IMG/VR virus record: IMGVR_UViG_2867207765_000001
Span: 30,514 to 94,513 of that record
Reading direction: 5' to 3' (one strand)
Origin: a virus
Lineage: Duplodnaviria; Caudoviricetes
DNA: 64,000 nt
The notes under the pieces were generated by a model. That model did not search any database, had not been told where the DNA came from, and saw only the letters and a program-made list of their open reading frames with translations. The translations under genes were made by a program, and so were the position numbers. The number at the start of each line of letters is the position of its first letter. Position 1 is the stretch's first letter. Positions 26,002 to 38,500 of the stretch are shown in pieces.

Positions 26002-26978
26002 TCGTCCCCGCCCGCGTCTGGAGCTGCGGTGATCTCGTCGCGGTACAGCCGCTGCGTGGTGGCGATGTCGGGCCCTGCGGTCAGGGCTGCGAGGGCACGC
26101 TTCTTCGCGAGGGAGTCGTTCGGGTACAGGAGCTTGTACTCGGTGAGGAGCTCGTCGAGGGTGGACACCTGCGACTTCGCGAACACCCGCCGCACCTTCG
26201 GGCCGACCTTCGGGTCGCCGATCTGACGCCGGACCGCTTCCTCGGCGCGGGCACGGATACCGACGGTGAAAAAATGCATCGGGTCGACACGGTCGAAACG
26301 GTGCGGGTCGAGCGCGGTGTCGATCATCCGCTGGATGACGGAGGTGCCGTTCTGCCCGAACAGCATCGTGGATGCGAGGTCCTCGAGCGTGATCTCATCG
26401 ACGACGCCGGCGAGGGGGATGCCCTTGTGCTGGGCGATTTCCGCGGCGACGATGTTGTTCGCTGCGTGCAGGCGCTGCTTCGTGAAGTACTCGAATCCGC
26501 TCATCAGCTCCCAACGGGCGGTCTCCCCGGTGCGGACGATGCGTCGCAGCTCCCGGTCACGCTGCGCAGCGCTCAGCGAGGACCGCACGACGACCGGCAC
26601 CTGCAACGTGTCGTTGAGGTTCGCTGCGGTGGTGACCCGCAGTGGGGTGAACGGCACCTTCGCGGTCCCGTCGCTGTGGTTCCCGAGCCCGGTCAGCGTC
26701 CACGGCACGGTGGCGTCCTCCGCCATCAGGAGAACGGGGCCGTCCGGGTACGACAGCCGCGACGGCATCGTCTGCTTCACCCCGTCGACGACGCCCTTCC
26801 GGCCGACGTCGATTTGCGGGAGCACCCACACCCAGGACGGGAGCACAGCGATGACGCCAGGCACGAACGGGATGTTCTCGGCGCTCTTGATGAGCGCTTC
26901 GGCGTGGCGGCCCGCGATGATGCTGCCGAGGTTGTCGCACAGCTGCGCGAGGCGGGGGAGGTGAGGTTCTTCGTTCAT
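25998..26978 (-). CDS. hypothetical protein, C-terminal half weakly sigma region-2-like
   Basis: ATG 26978 overlaps the WhiB stop; GETARWELM...RFDRVDPMHFFTVGIRARAEEAVRR. Confidence 0.7.
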   Translation of the reverse strand: MNEEPHLPRLAQLCDNLGSIIAGRHAEALIKSAENIPFVPGVIAVLPSWVWVLPQIDVGRKGVVDGVKQTMPSRLSYPDGPVLLMAEDATVPWTLTGLGNHSDGTAKVPFTPLRVTTAANLNDTLQVPVVVRSSLSAAQRDRELRRIVRTGETARWELMSGFEYFTKQRLHAANNIVAAEIAQHKGIPLAGVVDEITLEDLASTMLFGQNGTSVIQRMIDTALDPHRFDRVDPMHFFTVGIRARAEEAVRRQIGDPKVGPKVRRVFAKSQVSTLDELLTEYKLLYPNDSLAKKRALAALTAGPDIATTQRLYRDEITAAPDAGGDE

Positions 26979-27351
26979 CACTGCGAGTGGTGCTTCCGGT
27001 CGGCAGGGTGGGCGAGTTCGGCCAGCGGGTCGGCGCTGGTGCGCGCCGCCCGTCGGTCTATGCGGGCGTACCGGGCGAAGCGGGAAGCGTCGGGTTCCGG
27101 GGCGAACGCCTGCGTTGACGCCGCTCGAGCGAAGCCGGGGAGCTCGGCGAGTTCCGCGGCGGTGTGACCGCCGTGCACGCCGAACTGCTCCCCGTTGCCG
27201 AGGGCGTACGCGAGGCACTGCTCCCGGACGGTGCAGACGGTGTTGCAGATCTCCTTCGCGACGTCCTCCGACGCCGTCTCGAACCACATGTCAGGGTCGA
27301 ACCGGCATTCCGCCTGCTCGCGCCAGTCCCGGTCGTTGGCGGTCCCGGCGG

Positions 27352-27355
<4 letters not shown>
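26978..27355 (-). CDS. whiB: WhiB-family Fe-S transcription regulator
   Basis: DWREQAEC...DMWF...AKEICNTVCTVREQCLAYAL...FGVHGG. Confidence 0.92.
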
Positions 27356-29697
<2,342 letters not shown>

Positions 29698-29854
29698 GCC
29701 CCACCTATGCGAACCGGCTGGTATCGGGCGCAGGAACGGCGCACACCTACCGAGGAGGGCAGAAGCAAGTCAGATGGCTTGCCGTGCTCACCCCGCTTAC
29801 CCGAAGGTCAAGTCAGCCAGAACCCAGTAGTTCAGCGGGCAGGAGACCCCATGG

Positions 29855-29965
29855 CCCCCTACTTACTTACCTACTTACTTCTGTAGATAGCTCTAAGAAG
29901 AAGAAGAAAGGGTACTTCCGGGGGTACATACACTCCATCTCCCTCTCTATACCTCTACCCTCCAG
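29855..29965. other. AT-rich intergenic tract, candidate replication origin
   Basis: tacttacttacctacttactt, aagaagaagaagaaa and a pyrimidine run between divergent ParA-like and primase genes. Confidence 0.4.
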
Positions 29966-30080
29966 ACGTAAGCAGCAAGCCTGGAACCAAAAAACCCAGG
30001 TCGGGGCTTGTTTGCTGGCTTTTTGGGGTGGAGGCCGCGGGGAGCGCGGCTGCCGAAACCGGTCCTGCATAGGGGTTGGC

Positions 30081-33000
30081 ATGACCGATCCGCAGACCAG
30101 CGACCTCGACTACCAGGCAGGCCTCCACAGCCTGCACTCCACCCTCGGCGACACCGTGCTCCGCAACCGGACGCCGTGGACCGCCTCCGACTATGCGCCG
30201 TCGATCACCGGACAGGGCGCGAAGAAGCTCGCCGCGTCCGGCATCGCCCCGCTCGTCGCCATCGCCCGCGGCTACGAGACTGTCGACCAGGCGAACGCGA
30301 AGGACTTCGCCGAGCGGCACAGCCTCGGCGACGGACGCAGCAAGCGCGGCAGCCAGTTCCGTTCCCTGTTCCACGAGGACAACAACGTCCTGTACATGCC
30401 GTGGAACCCCGTGTCCCGGACGAAGCAGCACCGCGACCTCCTCGCCCCAGAGCTCAGCCCCGTCGTCCAGCTCCGCCCGGCGATGCCCCGGTACGTGGAG
30501 AACAAGCCCCTGAAGTACGAGTTCCTCACCGGCACGGGCACCGTCCTCGACTTCCACCCGTCAGTCACCGCGGACTGGGTCGGCACGGTCGGCACGTACC
30601 TCATCGCGGAGGGCATGCTCAAGGGCGACGCCGCGCTCACCGCCCAGCTGCGCAAGCACGTCCCCGACGCGCTCCTCTTCATCGGCCCGATGGACATGTC
30701 CCGCGAAGCGGCGATGAAGCGTCTCGCCATGCTGCTCGACAGCGTCCCGGTCGAGCAGCGCGTCGCCATCGTCAACATCGCCGGCGTCGGCAACTGGCGG
30801 AACAACCCCGAGTGGGTGTCACTGCGGTTCAAGGAGCGCAAGGTCCTCGTCGCGTTCGACGGCGACATCGCCAGCAACTACAACGTGTGGAAGCAGGGCA
30901 AGGACCTCTTCGGCTACATCGAGACGTCCAAGGGCGGCGAGCCGGTGCTCCTGGACCTGTCCCTCGCCGCCGGAGGCGAGGAAGCGATCGAGGACGACTC
31001 CCACCTCGGCATCGACGACTACCTCGCCAAGGTCGGCGACTGGGACGACCTGATGAGCGCCGAGCAGACGGAGTTCCCGGACATGCCCGACGTGAAGGAG
31101 TCCACCCGCGACGGCGAGTGGCAGGTCCGCAACGGCGGCACCACCGTGGACCTGTACACGCAGGACAAGGACCCCAGCGGCAACGACCTCGGCACCGGAC
31201 GGTGGATCACCAAGTACCACCTCGGCGGCCGGGTCACCTTCTTCGAGACCCGACGCGCACCCTCCGAGGCGGAGCAGGAAGGCCAGCCGTTCAAGACCGG
31301 TGTGAAGGACGAGCACTACCCCTCGTTCTGCGCCGTCGAGATCGGATGGAAGGACGAGGCGACCAACGAGCGCACGTTCGTCGAGGTCACCGGACCGAAC
31401 ACCCTGCTGAACTACCAGCCGGTTGACTGGGTCCGACACGGCGCCGTCATCCCGAACGCACTCCTGGCCCACCCGGAGTGGCCGCCGGCGGACGGCCGGA
31501 ACTGGCTCGCCGCGGTGAAACGGAACGAGGCGGAGAGCCAGGCGAACCGTGTCCGATGGACCGTCATGGGCTGGGTGCCCGCAGCGGAGTCGAAGACGCA
31601 GGCGTTCATCGCCGGCGACACGATCATCGCCGCCAACGACGACATCCGAGAGAGCACCCTCATCGGCGTCGACGAGAACGCGCTGGCGAAGGCCAGCCGG
31701 TTCGGTGTCCACGACGTGTACACCGGCCCGAACTACACCGACCCGACCGGCCAGTACAACCTCGCCGACGACATCCGCACCGTCGTGAGCGCGTGGATCA
31801 CCAAGAGCCCGTGGCTGTCGCAGGAGATCGCGGTGACCATGCTCGCCCTCGCGCTGCGGCCCGCGGTACCGGTCCCCACGTCGGTGGCGTCGTACCTGGT
31901 CGGCCCGCCGCAGAAGGGAAAGTCGTGGTCCGCGAAGCAGATCATGACCTTCTGGCAGGCCACCCGTGGCAGCTGGACCGAGCTGCCCGGCAACGCCGGT
32001 GACACGTTCGCGTCCACCGAGAACGCCGTCGCATCCACCATGCTGTGGGTCGCCGACGACCTCGCCCCGACGCAGGACCGCCGGAAGGCGGACGCAATGG
32101 AGTCCAACATCGGTGACCTCATCCGTCAGGTGCACAACAAGCTCGGCAAGCGACGCATGAACCAGGACCTGTCCGCCAAGACGGTGCAGACCCCGCGAGC
32201 CGAGTTCATCGTCACCGCGGAGAACGAGCACTCCACGCAGTCCATCCGCGAGCGGTGCGTCATCGTCGAGTTCAAGGGCCTCAACTCGGAGCACATGGCC
32301 GAAGCGGAGCGCATCGGCACCGAGGAGACCACCGCGTCCCGCATCACCGCTGCGTACCTGCGGTGGTTCATCGCTCGTGGCGAGGAGCTCGGGTGGGCGG
32401 AGATGATCGACGAGATCAAGGACGACCGCCGCGAAGCCATCGTGAAGACCAAGGGCATCCTCGGCACGTTCGACATCAAGGTCGGAGACGTCACCCGTCC
32501 GTCGGAGATCGTCGGCGACCTGTCCGCCGGCCTGGTGTACTTCGCGCAGTTCTGCGAGGACCTCGGGCTGACCGACATCGCCGAGCAGATCACGTGGGCG
32601 GAGGACGGCTGGCTGTACGGGCTGGCCAAGCAGGTCTCCTACGCGCACCTCGACAAGGCTGACGCTGCCCCCGGCGCGGTCCTCCTCGACGCGATCCGGT
32701 CCCTCCTGGCCGCCGGCTCGGCGCACATCCAGAACATCGACGACCCGTCGCGGCCGCCGATCGTTGACGGTGAGGACCAGAAGCAGCTCAACGTGCTCCT
32801 CGGATGGCAGGCCGACTCGCAAGGCGACTTCCGCCCGCGGGGGAAGTCCATCGGGAACATGTCGAAGCGACGGGACCCGGCAACGGGCCAGGATGTCCCG
32901 GTCATCTACCTCGCCAACCACGACGCGTTCAACGAGGCGCAGCGGCAGTACTCGAAGCGGATCCCGCACGGTGCGTCCTCGACCACGTACTGGAAGAACG

Positions 33001-33161
33001 TGTGGGACCTCGACCTCATCCACCCGCTGTTCCGGGGCCGCCGACCCGCAAAGGGCGTGACGGTCCAGTACCGGATCGGCAAGACCGACAACCGTCCGTA
33101 CGGCATCCCCGTCGGGCTGGACGCCCTGTTCCCGGAGGACGCGACCCCCGAGGAGGACTGA
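30081..33161 (+). CDS. primase-helicase fusion (DUF3854-like TOPRIM + P-loop NTPase)
   Basis: IAEGMLKG, VAFDGD, GIDDYL; Walker A GPPQKGKS, Walker B WVADD; ATG 30081 after TGCATAG. Confidence 0.8.
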   Translation: MTDPQTSDLDYQAGLHSLHSTLGDTVLRNRTPWTASDYAPSITGQGAKKLAASGIAPLVAIARGYETVDQANAKDFAERHSLGDGRSKRGSQFRSLFHEDNNVLYMPWNPVSRTKQHRDLLAPELSPVVQLRPAMPRYVENKPLKYEFLTGTGTVLDFHPSVTADWVGTVGTYLIAEGMLKGDAALTAQLRKHVPDALLFIGPMDMSREAAMKRLAMLLDSVPVEQRVAIVNIAGVGNWRNNPEWVSLRFKERKVLVAFDGDIASNYNVWKQGKDLFGYIETSKGGEPVLLDLSLAAGGEEAIEDDSHLGIDDYLAKVGDWDDLMSAEQTEFPDMPDVKESTRDGEWQVRNGGTTVDLYTQDKDPSGNDLGTGRWITKYHLGGRVTFFETRRAPSEAEQEGQPFKTGVKDEHYPSFCAVEIGWKDEATNERTFVEVTGPNTLLNYQPVDWVRHGAVIPNALLAHPEWPPADGRNWLAAVKRNEAESQANRVRWTVMGWVPAAESKTQAFIAGDTIIAANDDIRESTLIGVDENALAKASRFGVHDVYTGPNYTDPTGQYNLADDIRTVVSAWITKSPWLSQEIAVTMLALALRPAVPVPTSVASYLVGPPQKGKSWSAKQIMTFWQATRGSWTELPGNAGDTFASTENAVASTMLWVADDLAPTQDRRKADAMESNIGDLIRQVHNKLGKRRMNQDLSAKTVQTPRAEFIVTAENEHSTQSIRERCVIVEFKGLNSEHMAEAERIGTEETTASRITAAYLRWFIARGEELGWAEMIDEIKDDRREAIVKTKGILGTFDIKVGDVTRPSEIVGDLSAGLVYFAQFCEDLGLTDIAEQITWAEDGWLYGLAKQVSYAHLDKADAAPGAVLLDAIRSLLAAGSAHIQNIDDPSRPPIVDGEDQKQLNVLLGWQADSQGDFRPRGKSIGNMSKRRDPATGQDVPVIYLANHDAFNEAQRQYSKRIPHGASSTTYWKNVWDLDLIHPLFRGRRPAKGVTVQYRIGKTDNRPYGIPVGLDALFPEDATPEED

Positions 33162-33180
33162 CACCACTCCGCACACCGCA

Positions 33181-33213
33181 CAGCGCGTCCCGTCCACCCG
33201 ACGGGACGCGCTG
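33181..33213 (+). terminator. GC-rich hairpin after the primase-helicase
   Basis: cagcgcgtcccgtc-caccc-gacgggacgcgctg. Confidence 0.55.
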
Positions 33214-33258
33214 CGCGGTTGCCGTTCCGCCGCATCCCCGGACGCGGAAGGGAACACG

Positions 33259-33795
33259 ATGACCAACTCGAGCAAGGACAAGGGCGACCGCGGGGAACGT
33301 GAAGCCGTCGAAGCGTTTCAGACACTGTGCCCAGACCTGCTGGTGTGGAACGCGCAGCGGCTCCTCGGCGCCGGCCGGAAGGAGGACGTCGGTGACCTCC
33401 TCGTCATCGACGACGTCGCCGTGCAGGTGAAAGCGTTCGCCGCGAAGTACCTCTCGAAGGGCGTCTACGAAGCGGCGAACGGCGCAGCCATCCAAGCCGG
33501 CCACGCCAGGAAGCCGCACGCCGTCGGCATGGTCCTCGTCCCTCGCGCCCGGAAGGACAAGGTCCGCTGGGTCATGGTCGCCCACACCTGGCCTGCCCCC
33601 ATCGACGAAATCGCGACCGCATCCTCCGCCACCGCTGCGTTCGACGCCGTCGTGAAAGCGGGCATCGACACCCCGTTCACGGTCCGGCTGGCGCGGAAGG
33701 ACAAACCCGAACTGGTCCTCGGAAGTTTGCCCACCTGGGTTGCTGCGTACCGTTCTGCGACTGGCCGACACCAGCGTGCACAGAAGACGGCATGA
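33259..33795 (+). CDS. PD-(D/E)xK nuclease, Holliday-junction-resolvase-like
   Basis: SKDKGDRGERE...DVGD...VQVK. Confidence 0.75.
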   Translation: MTNSSKDKGDRGEREAVEAFQTLCPDLLVWNAQRLLGAGRKEDVGDLLVIDDVAVQVKAFAAKYLSKGVYEAANGAAIQAGHARKPHAVGMVLVPRARKDKVRWVMVAHTWPAPIDEIATASSATAAFDAVVKAGIDTPFTVRLARKDKPELVLGSLPTWVAAYRSATGRHQRAQKTA

Positions 33796-34388
33796 ACCCG
33801 CAGCTCATCTACGCCTCCTACGACCCGCGCGCCATCACCTGGGCGCATCACGCCATCTACCACGGCACGGCCGTGAACGACGCGTGGACCCAGTTCACCG
33901 CCGACATCAACCAGGCGTTCCCGACACCGGACGGTCCCCGCGGCCTGGCGCTCATCAACAACCGCATCGCGGGGCTCCGTCTCGCGACCCCTGGAGAACG
34001 CATCATCGGGTGGGACTACGCCCCCGGCATCGACGCTCTCGTCCCGAACAACAGCGCGGAAGGCCGCCCGTGGCAGAAGCGGTTCGACACCCTCCCCGCC
34101 AACGAACCGCCCGCACAGCTCAGCGCCGTCGGGATGACCGACCGCGCCACCGTCACCTACCCCCACGGCAGCGTCGCCGTGCATTTCCCGCACGTGTACG
34201 TCCCCAACGAAGGCGGCATCGTGTTCGCGTTGTGGGCCGTTCGCGAGATCAAGAACGCCATCGACGCGCAGCTCAACCAACTCGGCACCGACACCGGAAT
34301 CCGCTGGCACGAAGTGCCACGCTCCGTCTGGTACGCCCGCGTGGAAGCAGAAGAAGCAGCCGCGGAGGCTGCGGCGGACGCAGGATGA
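33792..34388 (+). CDS. hypothetical protein
   Basis: ATGA-coupled ORF. Confidence 0.75.
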   Translation: MNPQLIYASYDPRAITWAHHAIYHGTAVNDAWTQFTADINQAFPTPDGPRGLALINNRIAGLRLATPGERIIGWDYAPGIDALVPNNSAEGRPWQKRFDTLPANEPPAQLSAVGMTDRATVTYPHGSVAVHFPHVYVPNEGGIVFALWAVREIKNAIDAQLNQLGTDTGIRWHEVPRSVWYARVEAEEAAAEAAADAG

Positions 34389-34443
34389 CCCGCACCGCAC
34401 CGTTCCCAACCTCGCCGCGCGCCTCACACGGCGCGACCGCTCC

Positions 34444-34644
34444 GTGACCGACCCGGCCTCGGACCGCCACGACGACATCGACGAGGTGGTGGGGGCGTTC
34501 GCCGCGGTGTGGCATCGAAATCCGCAGAAGTCGTTCCTGCAGGTGGTGGCCAGAGCGGTTCGCGATGCGGGGACGTTCACCCCGTTCGACGCGTCGGATG
34601 AGCAGGTGCTCCGCGGACTGCGCAGCATCGGTCAGCGACGATGA
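34444..34644 (+). CDS. small hypothetical protein
   Basis: WHRNPQKSFLQV...DEQVL; coupled to the next gene. Confidence 0.6.
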   Translation: MTDPASDRHDDIDEVVGAFAAVWHRNPQKSFLQVVARAVRDAGTFTPFDASDEQVLRGLRSIGQRR

Positions 34645-35549
34645 TGGCGGCGCTCGCCGCATGGTTGCGGAGCATGATGCGTCGTCGCCGGGACCGGGGG
34701 TCCGCGGATCCGTTGCTGGTTATCGCGGCGGTGTCCGTGTCACTGCTGATGCTGGTCGCTGGCACGTTCACCGTTGCGCAGATCTCCGCCAGCAGCCGCG
34801 TCAACGCGACCCGGGACGACCTGACCCGTCTCGCTGCGGCGGAGACGGCGTACTTCGCTGACCACGACGCGTACACGTTCTACGACTCCGTCACCAACAC
34901 GTCGCTGGCGACCACCTACGGCTACCAGCCGTCGGAGCGGGTCGCGGTCGCCGCCTGTGCGAGCGGCTGGGTTGCGGCGGTGCAAGCATCGTCGGGTGCG
35001 GTGATGACCCGCTCGAGCGTGAACAACACCATCGGCACGTCCACGGGTGCGGGTGTGACGTTGCCAAGCTGCGCGAACTCGCTGGCCTGGTACTCCGTCG
35101 TCGACGCCGTCACCGGCGTCTGGTCGGGAGCGCCGGCCTGCAACCTGACCGCGCCGACTCTCGTTGATGCGGGGAAACCCGTCGCGGTCGGCGCCCTCAG
35201 CGGTACCCAGAGCAGCACCGTCATCTCCGCGACGGGTCTCACCGCGCCGCAGACGAACCTGCCCGCGTTGTCGAGCGGAGTCGCCACCGACGACATGCTC
35301 GCCGTGAAGGTGTTCGCCGGCGGGCAGGAGTACTGCGTCAGCGACTCCACGAACCCGTCGTTCAAGGTCACTGCCGGCAGCAGCACCGGCACGTACAACG
35401 TCAGCGTCACCCTCGACATGTCGTTCCTCACCCCAACGCAGTACACGGCCTTCACCACCTCCGGCACCATCCAGTTCAACGCCACGACCGCCCCCACATA
35501 CGCCGCGTTCACGGGGACAACCGGCAACGCACTCCACGTCGGCTCCTGA
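34641..35549 (+). CDS. type IV pilin-like protein
   Basis: RRRRDRG then hydrophobic helix; DLTRLAAAETAYFADHDAY pilin-like segment. Confidence 0.6.
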   Translation: MMAALAAWLRSMMRRRRDRGSADPLLVIAAVSVSLLMLVAGTFTVAQISASSRVNATRDDLTRLAAAETAYFADHDAYTFYDSVTNTSLATTYGYQPSERVAVAACASGWVAAVQASSGAVMTRSSVNNTIGTSTGAGVTLPSCANSLAWYSVVDAVTGVWSGAPACNLTAPTLVDAGKPVAVGALSGTQSSTVISATGLTAPQTNLPALSSGVATDDMLAVKVFAGGQEYCVSDSTNPSFKVTAGSSTGTYNVSVTLDMSFLTPTQYTAFTTSGTIQFNATTAPTYAAFTGTTGNALHVGS

Positions 35550-35595
35550 CGCTGCCCGGTCGCGGCCGCCCCGCGGGTGGATGCATAGGTGTGGC

Positions 35596-38500
35596 ATGAC
35601 CTCCGACGCCCGCTGGACCCACCTGCACGTGCACTCCGAGCACTCCCCGCTCGACGGCATGGTGAAGTTCAAAGCAGCGGTTGAAAAGGTGAAGGCGGAG
35701 GGCGGCAACGCACTCGCCATCACCGACCACGGAAACACGTCCGGTGCGTGGAAGTTCGCCAAGGTCGCCCGCGATGCGGGCATCAAACCCATCATCGGCA
35801 TCGAGGCGTACCTCGCCCTCGCCAGCGACTGGCGTGACGAGCCGGACCGCCACGACCCCGGCACCGTGGAAACGGAACGGGACGACGAGACCAGCGCCGA
35901 GCTCGACGAGCAGGAGCGCGGCAAGGCGCAGAAGAAGACCACGAAGACGAAGCGGAACCAGCACATCACCCTGCTGGCGAAGAACCGTGAGGGCTGGCAC
36001 AACCTCGTCCGCATGCAGAACGCCGCGACGAACTCCTACGGCGGCCGGTTCCCGCTCATGGACTTCAAGCTCATCAAGCAGCACAGCGAAGGCATCATCG
36101 CGCTCACCGGCTGCCTCGGCGGCCCGGTGCTCGGACCGGTTTCCCGCGGGGAGATGGACGAAGCGGAACGGAACCTCGAACGCATCATCGACGCCGTCGG
36201 CCGGGAGAACGTCTACGTCGAGATCATGGAGCACGGCATCGCCGCGGAAACCGCTGCGCTGCCGGTGATGGCGGACCTCGCCGCGAAGCACGGGCTGCAG
36301 CTCGTCGCCACGAACGACGCCCACTACACCCGGGAGGGCGACACCCACGCACACGAAGCGTGGTGCGCCATCCAGTCCGACAGCACCCTCGACGACCCGA
36401 AGCGGTTCCGGTTCCACGGCACCGGATACTGGCTGCGGTCCGAGGAGGAGATGCGTGCCCTCCGTGACGAGGACTGGTGGCAGCAGGCGATCACCAACGC
36501 TGGCGTCGTCGCCGAACGCTGCGACGACGTCATCCCGCCCACGCAGATGCGGCTGCCCGCCTACGACGTGCCCGCGGAGTTCCCCACCGCACGCCGCTTC
36601 CTGGTCCACCTCGCGAAGGAGGGAGTGAAGGTCCGCTTCCCCGGGGAGAAGTACACGCAGGCGGTGAAGGACCGGCTGAACGAAGAGCTGACCATCGTCT
36701 CCGACATGGGGTTCATCGACTACTACCTCATCGTCTGGGACGTCATCAACTGGTGCCGCCGAAACGGCATCCGCGTCGGACCGGGTCGCGGTTCCGCCGC
36801 CGGGTCGCTCCTGTCGTACTGCCTGTTCCTCGTGCAGGTGGACCCGCTGGAGAATAACCTCCTGTTCGAACGGTTCCTCGAACCGGGCCGTGAAGGTATG
36901 CCGGACATGGACCTCGACTTCCAGCAGAACCGCCGCGGCGAAGTCCTCGAGTACCTCGCCCAGCGGTGGGGTCGCGACCGCGTCGCCCGCATCGGGTCTT
37001 TCTCCGCCCACAAGACCCGCCGCGCCCTCCGCGACGCCGGGAAGCTGCTCGGCCTGCCCAGCATCGGCGACAAGCTCTCCAAGGCGGTGCCCGTCGCCGG
37101 TGGGAAGCCGTACTCGTTCGACCAGCTCGCCGACACTGACGACATGGCCGGTGAACGGTTCCGACAGATCCAGGCGGAGTACGGCGACGACGGTGAGAAG
37201 GTCGTCGCGCTCGCCGCGGGGTTCGCGGACACCATCAACGGTGAGTCCATCCACGCGTGCGGGACCCTCATCTGCGACACGGACCTCACCGACCTCATCC
37301 CGCTGCGCCGCGACCGGAAGATGGCGACCAGTTCCGGGCTGGCGACCGTCACCCAGTGGGATGGTGTAGACATCGACGCGTTCGGGCTGCTCAAGCTCGA
37401 CGTCCTCGGCCTGCGGAACCTCGACGTCGTGTCGAAGGCAGTCGAGTACATCGAAGCGACCACCGGGGAGGTCATCGACACCGACAAGCTCCCGCACCCG
37501 AACGACCACTCCGACGCACGCGTTCGCGCGACCTGGGAGCTGCTGCGCTCCGGCCGCACCGCCGGCATCTTCCAGATGGAGTCCGACGGCATGGCAAAAC
37601 TCGCTCAGGCGGTGGAACCGGACTGCTTGACGGACCTGTCCGCCATCGTCGCCCTGTACCGGCCGGGCCCGATGGGCAACAACATGCACACGATGTACGC
37701 GGAGCGGAAAGCCGGCCGTCAGGCGGTGGACTACTCCATGTACTCACCCATCAAGGCGGAGCAGGAAGCGATCGCCACCGTCCTCGACGACACGTACGGC
37801 GTGTTCGTGTTCCAGGAGCAGCTGATGCGCCTCGGCACCGTCATCTCCGGGTTCACCGCCGCGCAGCGCTCCAAGCTCCGCAAGGCCGTGGGCAAGAAGA
37901 AGAAGGACGTGATGGAGCAGGTCGGCCAGGAGCTCGTCGCAGGAGCTCCCGTCGAGCTCCGCGACGACAACGGCGACATCATCTCCATCGCCTTCCGACC
38001 GGAGACCGCTACCCGCGTCTACGACTACATGAAGGCGTCCGCGGAGTACCTGTTCAACGCGTCCCACTCCGCCGCGTACGCCTACCTCGCGTACATCACC
38101 GCCTACCTCAAGGCGTCCTGGCCGGCGGAGTACGGAGCCGCGATCCTCGCCACCACCAGCGCCGACGACAAGCGGCAGGCAGCGCTGCGCGCACTCCGCG
38201 AGGAGGGCATCGAAGTTCTCGCGCCAGACGTGAACCGTTCCCGCGGTGAGACGTTCCCCATCGGACCGACGAGCATCATCCTCGGCCTGTCGGAGATCAA
38301 GGGCGTCGGACAGGCGGGCAGCGACATCGCCGCGAACCGTGAAGCGCACGGACCGTTCGCCAGCATCCACGAGATGATGAACCGCGTCACCGACGAGTTC
38401 GGGAAGTCCATCGCGAACACCCGCGTCGTCGAAGGGCTCGCCGAAGCCGGCGCCCTGGACGTGTTCGGGTCCCGGCTCGGAATCCTCCGCGTCCGCGACG

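Noticed and set aside
23708-26032. 774-aa plus-strand ORF
   Set aside because: Shadow of the GH6, sigma and mIHF genes on the minus strand.
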